Positions 14,645-26,192 of a stretch of 64,000 bases of DNA are shown piece by piece. Made by a program: the position numbers and the translations under genes. The notes beneath the pieces are model-generated. The model saw only the letters and a list, made by a program, of their open reading frames with translations. It searched no databases and was not told the DNA's origin. Source of the DNA: Azolla caroliniana (taxonomy: Eukaryota > Plantae > Polypodiophyta); contig JBHGNT010000001.1 of assembly GCA_043228905.1 (NCBI GenBank), positions 8,928,001 to 8,992,000 of the forward strand, given 5' to 3'. Position 1 is the stretch's first letter. Each line of letters begins with the position of its first letter.

Positions 14645-15145
14645 ACAAGGTCTCTCTCTACAAGGTCTGAGGATAATGATGAGGCTCTAGAGACTGATAC
14701 CATCTTTGGCTTGAGTCTATTTTCACAATCATATATAGGGTATTGGTGCATGGCCATGGAAATTTGTCCACCATACCCCGCCCAAACAAGCAGAAAAAAA
14801 CATAACTCACTTGTATCCATGAGTGTATTTATGCTTCCTCTATATGTCATTGTGAGAATTGGACACCTATTATGTTCACTTACATCTTTTGAGTCTCCTT
14901 TGGGATACTTCCCCTCTGCATCAACACATTCCTTCCTAGGTTCGCTGGCATATGTCATCATACACCACTAGTTGGGGGACATTTTTCTGTCATATAGATC
15001 CATGGTTCAAGCCCCACTACATAATTCATAATGGATATGGGCATCTTTGATTCTTTGCCATAACCAAAGAGAGCACGGGTTTCAGGGGGTTACAGCATTC
15101 TTTAGTTGTAAATACCCATTAGCCTTAGTAAGCCAATATATTAAA

Positions 15146-15458
15146 GGGAAAACTACCAGGATACCCTTGGAAGTTCGTCTATTTACCTAAATGCCCCTGG
15201 AAGTTCCAAATTTACCAATCTACCCCTATGTCCAAAAAATTACATTTTATAAAGTAATTATACACTCAAATCTTTGGTAAATAGGGCTACTCCGGGTCCA
15301 TTTCTTCCATCTTTAGTAAATAGGGCTTGTAAATTTGAGTGTATAATTACTTTATAAAGTGTAATTTTTTGGACATAGGGGTAGTTTGGTAAATTTAGAA
15401 CTTCCAGGGGCATTCATGTAAATAGACAAACTTCCAGGGGTGTCCTGGTACTTTTCCC
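15146..15458. mobile_element. Mutator-like (MULE) foldback MITE with 9-bp TSD
   Basis: About 125-bp imperfect terminal inverted repeats (GGGAAAACTACCAGGATACCC... / ...GGGTGTCCTGGTACTTTTCCC). Perfect 9-bp direct repeat TATATTAAA at 15137-15145 and 15459-15467. Confidence 0.93.
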
Positions 15459-16481
15459 TATATTAAAAGCAACTTTGGTTTAGAACACAAAGATCTTCAG
15501 GGCACTTCGAGCCATTGTTCTATAGAAGCAAGCAGAGAATGCTAAATGACTACCAGCATCTATGTCATAACCAAAACAGCAGGGGTTTCAGGGCTCAATG
15601 CATTCTTTAGTTGTAACATACCAATTAGACTTAGTAAGCCAATGTATTAAAAGCAACCTTGACTTAGAAGACAAAGATTGTCAGGACACTTCACTTCAAG
15701 TTGACTTTTATTTGAGTAAACATTTTATACAAAACTTGCCCAAGTTACAGAGCAACCAATAGGAGAGTATGAAAACCAGGTCCCACCACTACAATAGTAT
15801 TTTTCATGCACATTACAGAAACATGAACACGTGATATATGATGAAAAGCAGAACCTAATAAATTCTTGTGTTACACGCTCTCTTTATCATCCATTATAGA
15901 TAATTGATTTAAATAGTTATATCAAATTGGTAGGCAGGGCTTCAAAAACATTTACTGAGATTGCAGAAGAATTGAGGCTTTAGATTCAGAAAAAGAAGAT
16001 TTGAACCACCAATGTTTTGAAATTACATTAATAAACATTTTACATTTGTTTCATTTGGGAGCAGCAAAAGATGAAATGATCATCATCTTTCCCAAAGAGA
16101 TAACCATTCATTCACCAACAAATATTGTTCCTCAGCGGTCTGCTACATGCCGAGAGCACATTCAACACAAGTTCACACAATTCTGAACTTCACTTTTCTA
16201 AATCCGGCCATTCGTCTCCAGCTATTATAAGACCTTGATTTCTATGGCTCTTAATAACAAGAGGTTACCAATTCTCTTCACCCAAGTGCATGTGTTATAT
16301 AGAATTATAATCTTTTCACCCAAGCCACGGGCTTACATGATGAATGAGTAAAAGAGAGCTCCATCCAGAGATTATAATACTGAAGCAAATAGAGATCTCA
16401 ATCAAGGGATATTAATATTGAACCAAATAGCAGAGATCCTCTGCCAAATCACTACATTTGATGCATGTTGACCTCTTTCTC

Positions 16482-19400
16482 TCAATTGGACCAAACATGA
16501 ACCTTCCCATGACGATTCCCAGTGTAGATCTCATTCTTTTCTTCATCATAGAAGAGGGCAGTTATATCCTCCAATGCTTCTCGGACGGTGCTCCTAACAT
16601 TAGATGAGTTCTCTCTTTCTCTCGAGCTAACCTTCACATTCGAGTCATTCGCACATATCTTTGCTAAACATTTGCCAGTTAGAATGTTACTGATGTTTAT
16701 AGATCCCACTACAAAAGAGACATAAGATCAATTTTGTTATTCTCAGGCTTTCACATCGTTTATGACAACATTATCATTTGATGCTTTATCTTCCAATCTA
16801 CAAAATGTTTTCACCAAAATACTACCACCCATTCAACATTTTCAAAGCCATCAAAAGAAGAACGTTAAAAGACATTTCTTTACTATACCTCTTTCTTCCT
16901 CGGCACATTCATGTGGATGTGACTTGCAATATGATATGATCAAATCCTGATCACTCGTGATATAGATATTATTTGTATTACAATCAGGATGCCACAGAAG
17001 ATGATCCTCAAAGGAAGTAACCAGCTCCCCTCGGAAATTCCACACCACAACTGTCCTGTTGCGGAAAGTAAGGAACAACTGATTCTCATACAAAAAGATG
17101 AACGCCGAAGGGGTCATAAACTCCGTTCGACTAACATCGGTTAATTGAGAGTTTCTTACCTATATGAAAAATCAACCAAACATATAATAAGAGATTATGT
17201 GATACTATCATGTAGAAACTTAGGAATGATCCATGCTTTTATATTAGAATAACATCAACTCACATCAAGGATTTGTAGGTTCTCATTTTCTTGTTTCACA
17301 AGTAGCTTCTCATTGAATTGCTCAATAAAGTCAACTTTCTTGTTCCTATGTAATAAATGCCTGAAATCTTTGAGCACAGTTCCATCCTCAATTGACAGTA
17401 TCTTCAGAGGAACGTGGCTGGCAGCTCTTTCATAAATGAGGAGCATTATCCCAGGACTGAACATTGAAAATAAATCTGTAAATGGTAATGAACCAGAATG
17501 ACAGCACATAAAACTTCCAGCAAGTTTTCTAGCTAACCTTATTTTAATTTCTGATACGTGCTCATCTGGTATCGAATATAATAGCGTGTAATTCTTTAAA
17601 TCAAAGACCTTGTAGATCCTGACAAAGATAACATGAATAATAAAAACTACAGCTTTAGACAATCAAGAACACATTCAATTTCAGTTATAACCAAAAAAAA
17701 ATATTAACATGTGGATCCATACCCATCCTGAGCAGAGTAAGTCAAAACTTTTCCGTTCACATCATCAAACTCAACAAAACCAGGCCATTTGAGTGACTCA
17801 GATTCAAATAGAGCAAACCCAGCATCAGGTTGTCCCCGTGCAATATACCTACACCATGACAAGGAATCGTTTGGTTTAACACTAAAACGAAACCAAGAAA
17901 GCAAATCGATCATTCTTCCATATGATGTACATACTGGATGGGCGTTGTTCTACACTTCAATGTGCTGAAATTATCAGATGCATAGACCGATACTGTTATA
18001 AGTGATTCATTGTTCTTATTGTAGAAAAGGCTTCTTATAACTTCATCAGGGCTGACATTGAGGTAGCAAATCTTCTTATTTGACTCTATTTGCAAGAGAA
18101 AAATAAGAAAAATATAGTGATAAATATATGTGAAATGAAATTACAATAGTCGTTAATTCATCAGGTGGGTGGATTCATTACAATAGTCGTTACTTCACTT
18201 ACCCCTGCTGAATGCAGCACACACTCCGGATTGTGCGAGTGCAAAGACAATATCTTTAGCTGCTACTATTTCCACAATCTTTGATCTCCTCTTTAGGAAG
18301 TTGAGCTGAAGAAACCAATTTCCTTTGGGATCATACGTGTCGAACTCTTCCTGAAAATGATCAAAAACATATATTTGTTTGACAAATGATGGAGTGAAGA
18401 AATTCACAAAATAAGCATAATCCCATGGAAAATACTTTGATATAAAGTACATAAACATCAGGAAATGGAGTATTTCTTTCAAACTTTGCTAGATTCAAAC
18501 AAATACTAGCTTTCCGTTTATACAGCCTTCACATGATTCAAAAATGACACTATTTATTACCTGTTACATTCAAAGGCATGATATTTCTCACATACTAAAG
18601 ACGGTTTAGACGAGGACTATATTGCCCACACACAGCACAAGTCTCAATAATAAATATATATAATCTTCACATACTAATATAAGCATTAAACAAAAGGATT
18701 CAAAAATGACACTATTTATTACCTGTTACATTCAAAGGCATGATATTTCTCACATACTAAAGACGGTTTAGACGAGGACTATATTGCCCACACACAGCAC
18801 AAGTCTCAATAATAAATATATATAATCTTCACATACTAATATAAGCATTAAACAAAAGGCTTTAAATAGCCCACATAAACACTGACAATGTTGCCCACAT
18901 GCTACAAAATATGGGAATGAAGAATATGTATTGCCCACATGCTACAAAATGCAGGAATGAAGAATATGTATAGCCAACATACAATTTTGCATAACAACCA
19001 TCAAAAGAGAAACCAAATATGGAGATGAATTGGATTTACACATTTTTATATTTCTTTCATTGAATCACTAATCTTTACATATAGTACGCGATCAATAGTA
19101 GTGATAAAAGAAAAAACCGTGTGCCCATACAACATTGCCTTGATTATTTCTTCCACTACAAAATAAACTTAAATACAATACAACTTAAAAGAAATATAAA
19201 AAGCAAACAAATGCTCAAATATCCTATATTCATTAAACTTACTTACAAAAAGAAAATTACATAATGTGCAAGTAGAGAAAATAAAAACAAACCTGAAGCA
19301 TAAAGTTCCGAAATTTCTCTTGAGCATTAGAGCAATTAAAAGATCGATTTCCACATGCACTAATCTCACGTTTGAGAAGCTTCTTGACACAACTAGAAGA

Positions 19401-19490
19401 AGAATCGAATGGACAAGATCGCTTCCCTGCGATGATCCGACGGCTACAAGATGGCCTAGGGCTGCTCGGTATTTTCTTTTTCGTCTCCAT
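16482..19490 (-). CDS. Transducin/WD40-repeat-like conserved plant protein, about 464 aa
   Basis: Exons 19490-19293, 18350-18203, 18085-17935, 17848-17723, 17618-17538, 17456-17264, 17159-16889, 16708-16482 (1395 nt, all GT-AG). Motifs KIVEIVAAKDIVFALAQSGVCAAF, LKWPGFVEFDDVNGKVLTYSAQ, VVWNFRGELVTSFEDHLLWHPDCNTNNIYIT and ITALFYDEEKNEIYTGNRHGKVHVWSN*. Confidence 0.93.
18535..18858. repeat. 162-bp tandem duplication in WD40 intron 1
   Basis: GATTCAAAAATGACACTATTTATTACC... starts at 18535 and again at 18697; the copies look identical. Confidence 0.95.
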
Positions 19491-19758
19491 ATCAAAAGGA
19501 AAAGAAACAAGAAAAACTGGGGTTTCCTGGTCGAGCAGGAAATGCTCTGGGTAATTAAATGAAAAAGTGGGAAGATGAAAATGAAAGAAGGATTAACGAT
19601 AGGAATGAAGAAACGGAAAGATCAAGTGAAGAAGAAGAAGAAGAAGAAGAAGAAGAAGAAGAGCCGAATCGTTTCAGTGAGGAAGAAGGATCGAGCGATT
19701 AGACATGCCGTGTAAGAGATATTAGGGATTTCTGTCTGTATTACTGCATTCTCTAGGG

Positions 19759-19838
19759 TAGGGTTTCAGTTCTTGTCAGTGACGCCGTACACCAAGTATT
19801 TACACTGTATCAGTGTTACAGTGGTAAGATTAGGGTTT
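19759..19838 (-). promoter_or_regulatory. Two telo-box motifs (AAACCCTA) in the WD40 gene 5' region
   Basis: TAGGGTTT at 19759-19766 and 19831-19838, upstream of the minus-strand ATG at 19490 and close to (CTT)n and CT-rich leader sequence. Confidence 0.55.
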
Positions 19839-20147
19839 CTCTGAGAGAGAGGGAGAAAGAGAGAAATAGAAGTGAACTGAACTGAGTCAGTCGGAGGAGG
19901 AGGAGAAAACAAATAGGTTTTCTCTGTCGCGGATCTGAAATCCTCCCCTTAATCCAATTACATGTGGGAGGGAGGGGGTAACGTCCACCGTTAAGTCCCC
20001 CATCGCATCGCCGTCAGTCTGTTTTTGCAGCCGTTGGACCGGAATTTTTAAATTTTGTATTTCGTATATAGTTTTTCGTTTTTTAGTTATTTGTTTTACA
20101 CACGCACTTAAGAATTTGTAGACCTCCTTCCTTCTTCCCTTTGAATC

Positions 20148-20284
20148 ATGTATGTATGTATGTATGTATGTATGTATGTATGTATGTATGTATGTATGTA
20201 TGTGTGTGTGTATGTGTGTATGTATGTATCTATGTATCTATGTATCTATGTATCTATGTATGTATTTATGTATCTATGTATGTA
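20148..20284. repeat. (TATG)n / (TATC)-variant microsatellite
   Basis: Read directly from the sequence. Confidence 0.95.
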
Positions 20285-21410
20285 GTGTGTGTCATGAAGA
20301 AATTCTAGCTTTTGCATTCCGATGTTGTTTTCTGAATTGGAATTCTTCCTTATTGAGCACGTAATGGTGGTTTGCTATTGTTTCACACGTACCAGTATGT
20401 AGTAAAACATTATTACCTTATTACGTGGGTGAGGCTGAAGGTCTAGTAACTCCTCGACCAAAAGACAAGCAAGGGTTTCCCAATCGATGATGCCCAAACT
20501 TCACACCCCTCTGTCTACCAAATAAAGACCTCCACTCGATGGGAGACGATCATTGTCATCGATGTGATTGCCATCATATATCCAAAACTCGACACCATGT
20601 AGACGCGTGGCAGAATTTATGGTTAACAATGGAGAAAGAAAGAAAGATATATTAACGTCTTCTAAGGCCAAATTTGGCCCATGAGAGCTAGATGTTGATG
20701 AGACAAAATATCTCTTCCTACATATGGGGGTCAAGGTTCACACCATATAAACCCAAAAGCAAACAAGAATATGGAATGTGGTCACAACTCTATCATGAAA
20801 GCACGAATGACAATATGAACAAGTGGTCACAACTAATTACAAATAGGACCACACATATCATAATTACAAATATTCACGACTACTAAACTCATTAATGACA
20901 AAAAAAACAATCATTGCCATGGAATGGTTCATTAACTCATGGGACACTATCATGCCAGACATGCTTCCAGAATACCTCTTAGCAATCAAGACCCAACAAC
21001 TTTAAAGGAGGTTGAAAGTTATTGTGTCGACCATTCAACATTTGAAAGTTTCGTGTCCAAAACATAATGAGTGCTTTCGGAAAATATATTGGCATTGTCT
21101 TAACAAGGTAGAAGATGGTTATTAGGTTTTGGTTTAAGGCGATAACATTGACAACCAACATAACACAATACAGAAATGATTCAAAGCGTTGGGTTTGACC
21201 TTAGCTTTTGTAGAGGGCAAGTGATTGTGTCATCTATCACTTAGTCGAGTTAGATGGGACCCTCTTTCATGTACCTGGTGCGAAGAAGAGGAGTTGAGGT
21301 CTTAAAGAAGTGGCACCAATAATGCTCATGATAGATGGAGTAGAATAACAAGAAAAAATTCAAGAGGATGAACATTTTAAAGTCGACGAAGAAGTGTATA
21401 GCAAAGTGTT

Positions 21411-21833
21411 GGGGGGGGGGGGGGTGACAAATTGTTCTTTTCCTAGTTTCTTATGGACAAAGTGAATTCGTATAGGGTTTGTTTTCTCTATATCCCTCTT
21501 AGGGACTAGGATATCTTAACTACTAAGAGTCTACATCTTGCTTGCTTATTACTTATTGTTTAAGGAATGTTAGCATGAAAGGCCGACTCCACCCAATTTG
21601 TATCTCTAGTGTGAACACGTTCCCCAATTATGGCTTGAGTATATAAACCCAGTTGAGAGGTTGTAAAGAGTGAGAGAGTTTGGAGAGAATCAGAGTTTGC
21701 CATTTTCAGCTCTAACAATGTCATTGTGTTTTGTGCTTCTCATCTTCTTGTTTCTTGAATATGTCACAGTGCAACTCTACTTTCTTAGTTTATCTGTGTT
21801 GTTTGTCATACACGATTCCTACAGGTCCTCACA
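21411..21833 (+). mobile_element. Probable 3' LTR remnant preceded by a polypurine tract
   Basis: G14 tract (21411-21424) directly followed by TG; internal TATAAACC, GA-rich then T-rich segments; ends ...CCTCACA. No partner LTR found. Confidence 0.45.
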
Positions 21834-22523
21834 TCATCTTCTGCAACACAATTCATACTATTTCCCACAAGGGATTCTTCCAAAGGAATAGAGAGATTTC
21901 CTTTACTGATTGAGGAGCTTAAACGTTGATTTTTGCAAGTTATGACTTTTCTTTTGCACAATCTCAAAGACACGTGTGGCACTAAAAAACAATATGCATA
22001 GTTAACTACCCAATGTTTTCCATGTTATCATAGATTAATCAAATGTTTTTTCGTACATCCGCTAAGCATATACTTACATGTGCAATTATGATGTTAAGGT
22101 AAATACATTCCACAATTCATGGGCTTAGCTATATTATTGGATAGAGCTTTGAACATGAATGGATCACCCATCAATACTAGAGTTATCGAGTGTTCTCTTA
22201 CAAGAGAGCAAATCCAACAAATTTTCCCAACATTTTACTTTTTATGGATGATAATAATAAATGTGTGAATCTTAATGGCAAATAAAAATAGGCTCAACTA
22301 ATAAGATTGTATGCCAAGCATGTTAAAGGTATTGTCATGTTCATCATCATTTAGCATAGCATGTGATACTACTTTATCTAACCCAACATGAAATTGAGGT
22401 GTTGCATCCTTGTATTATAACCTATATAAGACATACGATTGGACAATATCCGATAACCTTACATAGTCAATAGAAGGTTCATGCAACCAACTTTCCATTA
22501 ATCAAGCATCTTTTCTTCAATTT

Positions 22524-22762
22524 ATTGTATACCTTGGCATGATATATGAGAGAAAATTAATGAATAAATGAATTGTATACCTTGGCATGATATATGAGAG
22601 AAAATTAATGAATAAATGAATTGTATACCTTGGCATGATATATGAGAGAAAATTAATGAATAAATGAATTGTATACCTTGGCATGATATATGAGAGAAAA
22701 TTAATGAATAAATGAATTGTATACCTTGGCATGATATGTGAGAGAAAATTAATGAATAAATG
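22524..22762. repeat. 48-bp minisatellite, about 5 near-identical copies
   Basis: Unit AATTGTATACCTTGGCATGATATATGAGAGAAAATTAATGAATAAATG; explains the repetitive ORF at 22517-22732. Confidence 0.97.
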
Positions 22763-22953
22763 ACAGTGTTGTGATTATTTCACACATTCTTTCTACCGTA
22801 GTTAAACCACGCACATAGTGGCACATCACAAACAATCATATGTGAATAACAAAAAAAGACATTGTCCGTTATTGAAAAAAATCTCATAATCTCATGAGAG
22901 TTCACAATTCACTCTATAAATTGTTTATATGACCATAAAACCACAATTGTTAG

Positions 22954-23156
22954 TAAGAGTTGGCAATGGCTCGATTTAGGCCAAAATCGAGCCGTAAACC
23001 GTTTTTTAACAGCTCGGCTCATCTTGGTTTAGGCTTGAGCTTCCTTAACCGGTTTAACTTTGGTTCGGTTCGGTTAATGTTTGAAACCTTCTAAACCGGT
23101 TTGGCTTGGACAAGGCCAATTTGACTAACTCGAAACCGAACTGTTGCCGATTCCAA
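22954..23156. mobile_element. hAT-like MITE remnant
   Basis: Imperfect TIR (TAAGAGTTGGCAA / TTGCCGATTCCAA), many AACCG/CGGTT subterminal motifs in otherwise CpG-poor DNA, and a near-perfect 8-bp flanking repeat ATTGTTAG (22946-22953) / ACTGTTAG (23157-23164). Confidence 0.6.
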
Positions 23157-25503
23157 ACTGTTAGACAAATAAGGAGGTAAAATAGGTTGTGCCGATAGAT
23201 TAGAGTCAAACATATTTTCCTTTACAAATTGCTCACAAAAAATCTTTGTGCATCCCTTCCTTTTGCTTTCACCTCATCTACATAACTTGTGTACCATCTT
23301 TGTTACGAGTATTGGCTATACAGATATGCACTTATCCAACACATTTTGAATTAGTACATATTGAGTGGAAAAACTAATTGATTGGTTCATCCTAATATGA
23401 ATAGTCTAGATAATCTAGGACAAGTTTTGTATTGTATTATACTATTGTTCTAGCTTTGTCACATATGTCAATGTTTTATTTGTCTTGTTGCTCTATTTAT
23501 TGTGTCCTTGGTTGTGGTTTGGTCTCCACCATTCAATATCTTATCGTTTGCATTGTTTGCAAATTTATGAAACAACCTAGACCTCCTACTCCCTTAAGCA
23601 AATACTATCAAGCATTGCTATGTAAGGATGCTCAATTGTGGGGTCATAAGCTTGTGAAGCATGAGACAAACATATTGAGATAGCCTCACGCAATAATGAA
23701 CTATCATCAAGTAATGTTGGTGTAGTGCATTTCAAATTGTGCAACAATGAAGATGCAATGTCAAAGACATCAAACTTTGGCTCACTCCAGATATTCCTTG
23801 ACTTATAATGGTACATGCATGTTGGATATGTTGCTAAGTGTTTGTAAGTTTTGTCCCCACAAATAAATAATGTATTGATTATAGAAAGAAGCTACCATAT
23901 AAATAGATCACCAAAATTTATAATCCCACCCTTAACAAACCATGTATCAAGGGGCTTATACAAATGACATATATGGTAGCTAACCAAATTACACAATCAC
24001 AATTCCTCTTCATCCAACATACTTGAGTTTCTTTTTTTCCCCAAAAACAACATACTTGACTTTTCCAACAAATAAATTTTCCTAAGCAAAAATCAAACAT
24101 ATTGAAAATGACACAATAATATGCATGAACCCACTTGTGCAAATACTCATTAGAAAAGACATTCAAAAACACATGCTAAAGAAGACGACATTGCATTTAT
24201 AAACTTGTGAATATATGTTGCCATTGGACACAATGTGAATAGATGCAAAATGTGTTCTATTGCAATTGTGCAAAAGAAACACGGCCTATAAAAAATGTCT
24301 CTCATTCCCAAAGCATCTCAAAAGGTAAACCATTGATTAGAACCCGTTATATAATACGTCCTCTTTAAAAGAAATGTGAGGGTGCCACTGTATTTCAAGC
24401 GTGTCCTATCACTATAAATCATGCCTTTGAAATTCTCATACTTTTGGCACTCTATCCATCATCCACACGAGCTTACTAATGGTGTTATGATAGATAACAT
24501 AAGTCATGATACGAACAATCCTTGTACGTCCTCCAAATGTCCAATTTTTTTAACACGAAGATTCCAAATAACTTGGAATTGGACATTGTATAAACAATCT
24601 TTATTGTAACTTATCCCAAAGACTTCGATAACTGTCACGAATATGAAAACTCATCCTTATAGTTTGGAAAGCCATCAATCTTACCATTGTGTACTCCACA
24701 TGGTTGTTTATGTCCAAGGATGACCATCTCCAAATATAGCTATTAAGAAAGAATTGTGCTCCTCCTATATCACTATTATAAGAGTTGTTCTCCTAATCTA
24801 TTATTCGAACCTCAAGTGTTGTTGCATTGTTGAAGGAGAAATTTCTCCAAATCAACTCTTTCGATGCCTTTGTTTTGTGTTGATTCTATTTCATATTGCG
24901 TCATTACCTTTGTGCACTAAGCAAACATATTCATCGTAAGTCACCAAACACTTCAATTTATTATGAAGTCCAACCAATATATATGTCAACTGCCATCCAA
25001 CAATTATTCACCTTCAATTGTTGTTGATTGGGAACCATCAACAACAACGATGTATTTAGTACGCTCAACACAACCCCTTGTCCTTTGATAATATATATTT
25101 TCATTCTCATGCATAATAGGTGTGATAATAAGCACTCCCTCTACATGGGGTGCAATTATATTTGTCACATGGTTTTATACTCTTCCCTTATGAAATATTG
25201 ACATATTGGTTCGATCGAATGTCGAGGAAGGGTGTAGCCAAAGTCTATGCGGTGTTCTTTCCCAATGGAAAACTATGAGATATTCAATGTTTTTCTTTTT
25301 GCAACATTGAGATGAATGCCACATCAAGATTTTTGAGCAGTGACAGAGGTATTTTTATTTATTTATCATAATTACCTTACCCTATTGATAAGTCGATAGA
25401 CTACTAACCATAGGCCTTAGGTTCGAAACCAATTTTCTCATTTCTTTAGTATTCCATAAATATCCATTCATAGTTTTTTTACTAGATACCACAATGTAAT
25501 ATA

Positions 25504-25563
25504 AGGGTTGAAGCCATGACCTTATGGTCTCCAAGAGATACCCTCATCACCTGAGCTACACCA
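25504..25563 (-). mobile_element. tRNA-derived SINE-like head (degenerate pol III A and B boxes)
   Basis: Minus strand reads TGGTGTAGCTCAGGTG...GGTCATGGCTTCAACCCT; no complete cloverleaf is evident. Confidence 0.5.
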
Positions 25564-25851
25564 CACTCAATGTAAGGGTTAAATCTATGAACATATGCTC
25601 TAAATGATAACCTTACCACCTGAACTAAATCTCTTTAGACATAATTAAACCCTATATATATATATGGGCTTAACTGGCTACATCTATCGAAGCATAGGAT
25701 ATACATATATCACGTGAAATGTAATATTTTGGGTCTCGAAGACGATAATATAATCTCTCTGTCTTTGTCCTAAGGGAGGTTGCTGGTGGTGGTGGGTGAG
25801 ATCTACATGCTACACTTTCCTCGATCATAATTTTTGCCAACCGGGGTTCTA

Positions 25852-26007
25852 ATTGGTGTCTTAACGAGTCAACACGATGGGCCACTTGTTAGATGCCGAT
25901 TGGTAGACGAGCAAACGAGTCAATACGGGCGGGCCACTTGTTCGATGCCGATTGGTTGCTGCTTATCTGGTGGCTCCCATCCATCCCCCCCACAAAGAAC
26001 ACGTGTC
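25852..26007 (+). promoter_or_regulatory. Dehydrogenase proximal promoter: duplicated GGGCC/CACTTG/ATTGG module plus G-box/ABRE
   Basis: Near-duplicate modules at 25863-25904 and 25914-25956; ACACGTGTC at 25999-26007; a CT-rich leader follows. Confidence 0.55.
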
Positions 26008-26022
26008 ATCATATCACGTAAA

Positions 26023-26066
<44 letters not shown>

Positions 26067-26192
26067 GAAAAGCCTATGGGCAATAATATCAAAACCCTGT
26101 TCAGCTTCTCTTCTTCTTCTTCTTCCTCCTCCTCCTTTTCGTAGCGAGAGAAGCAGAAGCGGGAAGAAGAAAGCAAGTCTTCCACATTTATA

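Noticed and set aside
14566-14971. ORFs of about 130 aa on both strands
   Set aside because: Held open by (GT)n/(CT)n microsatellites; no recognisable domain or splice support.
22517-22762. CRISPR-like array
   Set aside because: The units are contiguous with no unique spacers, there are no cas genes, and the context is eukaryotic.
23290-25080. Possible decayed coding sequence on the minus strand (plant mobile domain or transposase-like)
   Set aside because: Hand translation of 24720-24301 gave 7 stops in 140 codons, about what AT-rich noncoding DNA gives, and no diagnostic motif. A tBLASTx search would be needed to revive the idea.
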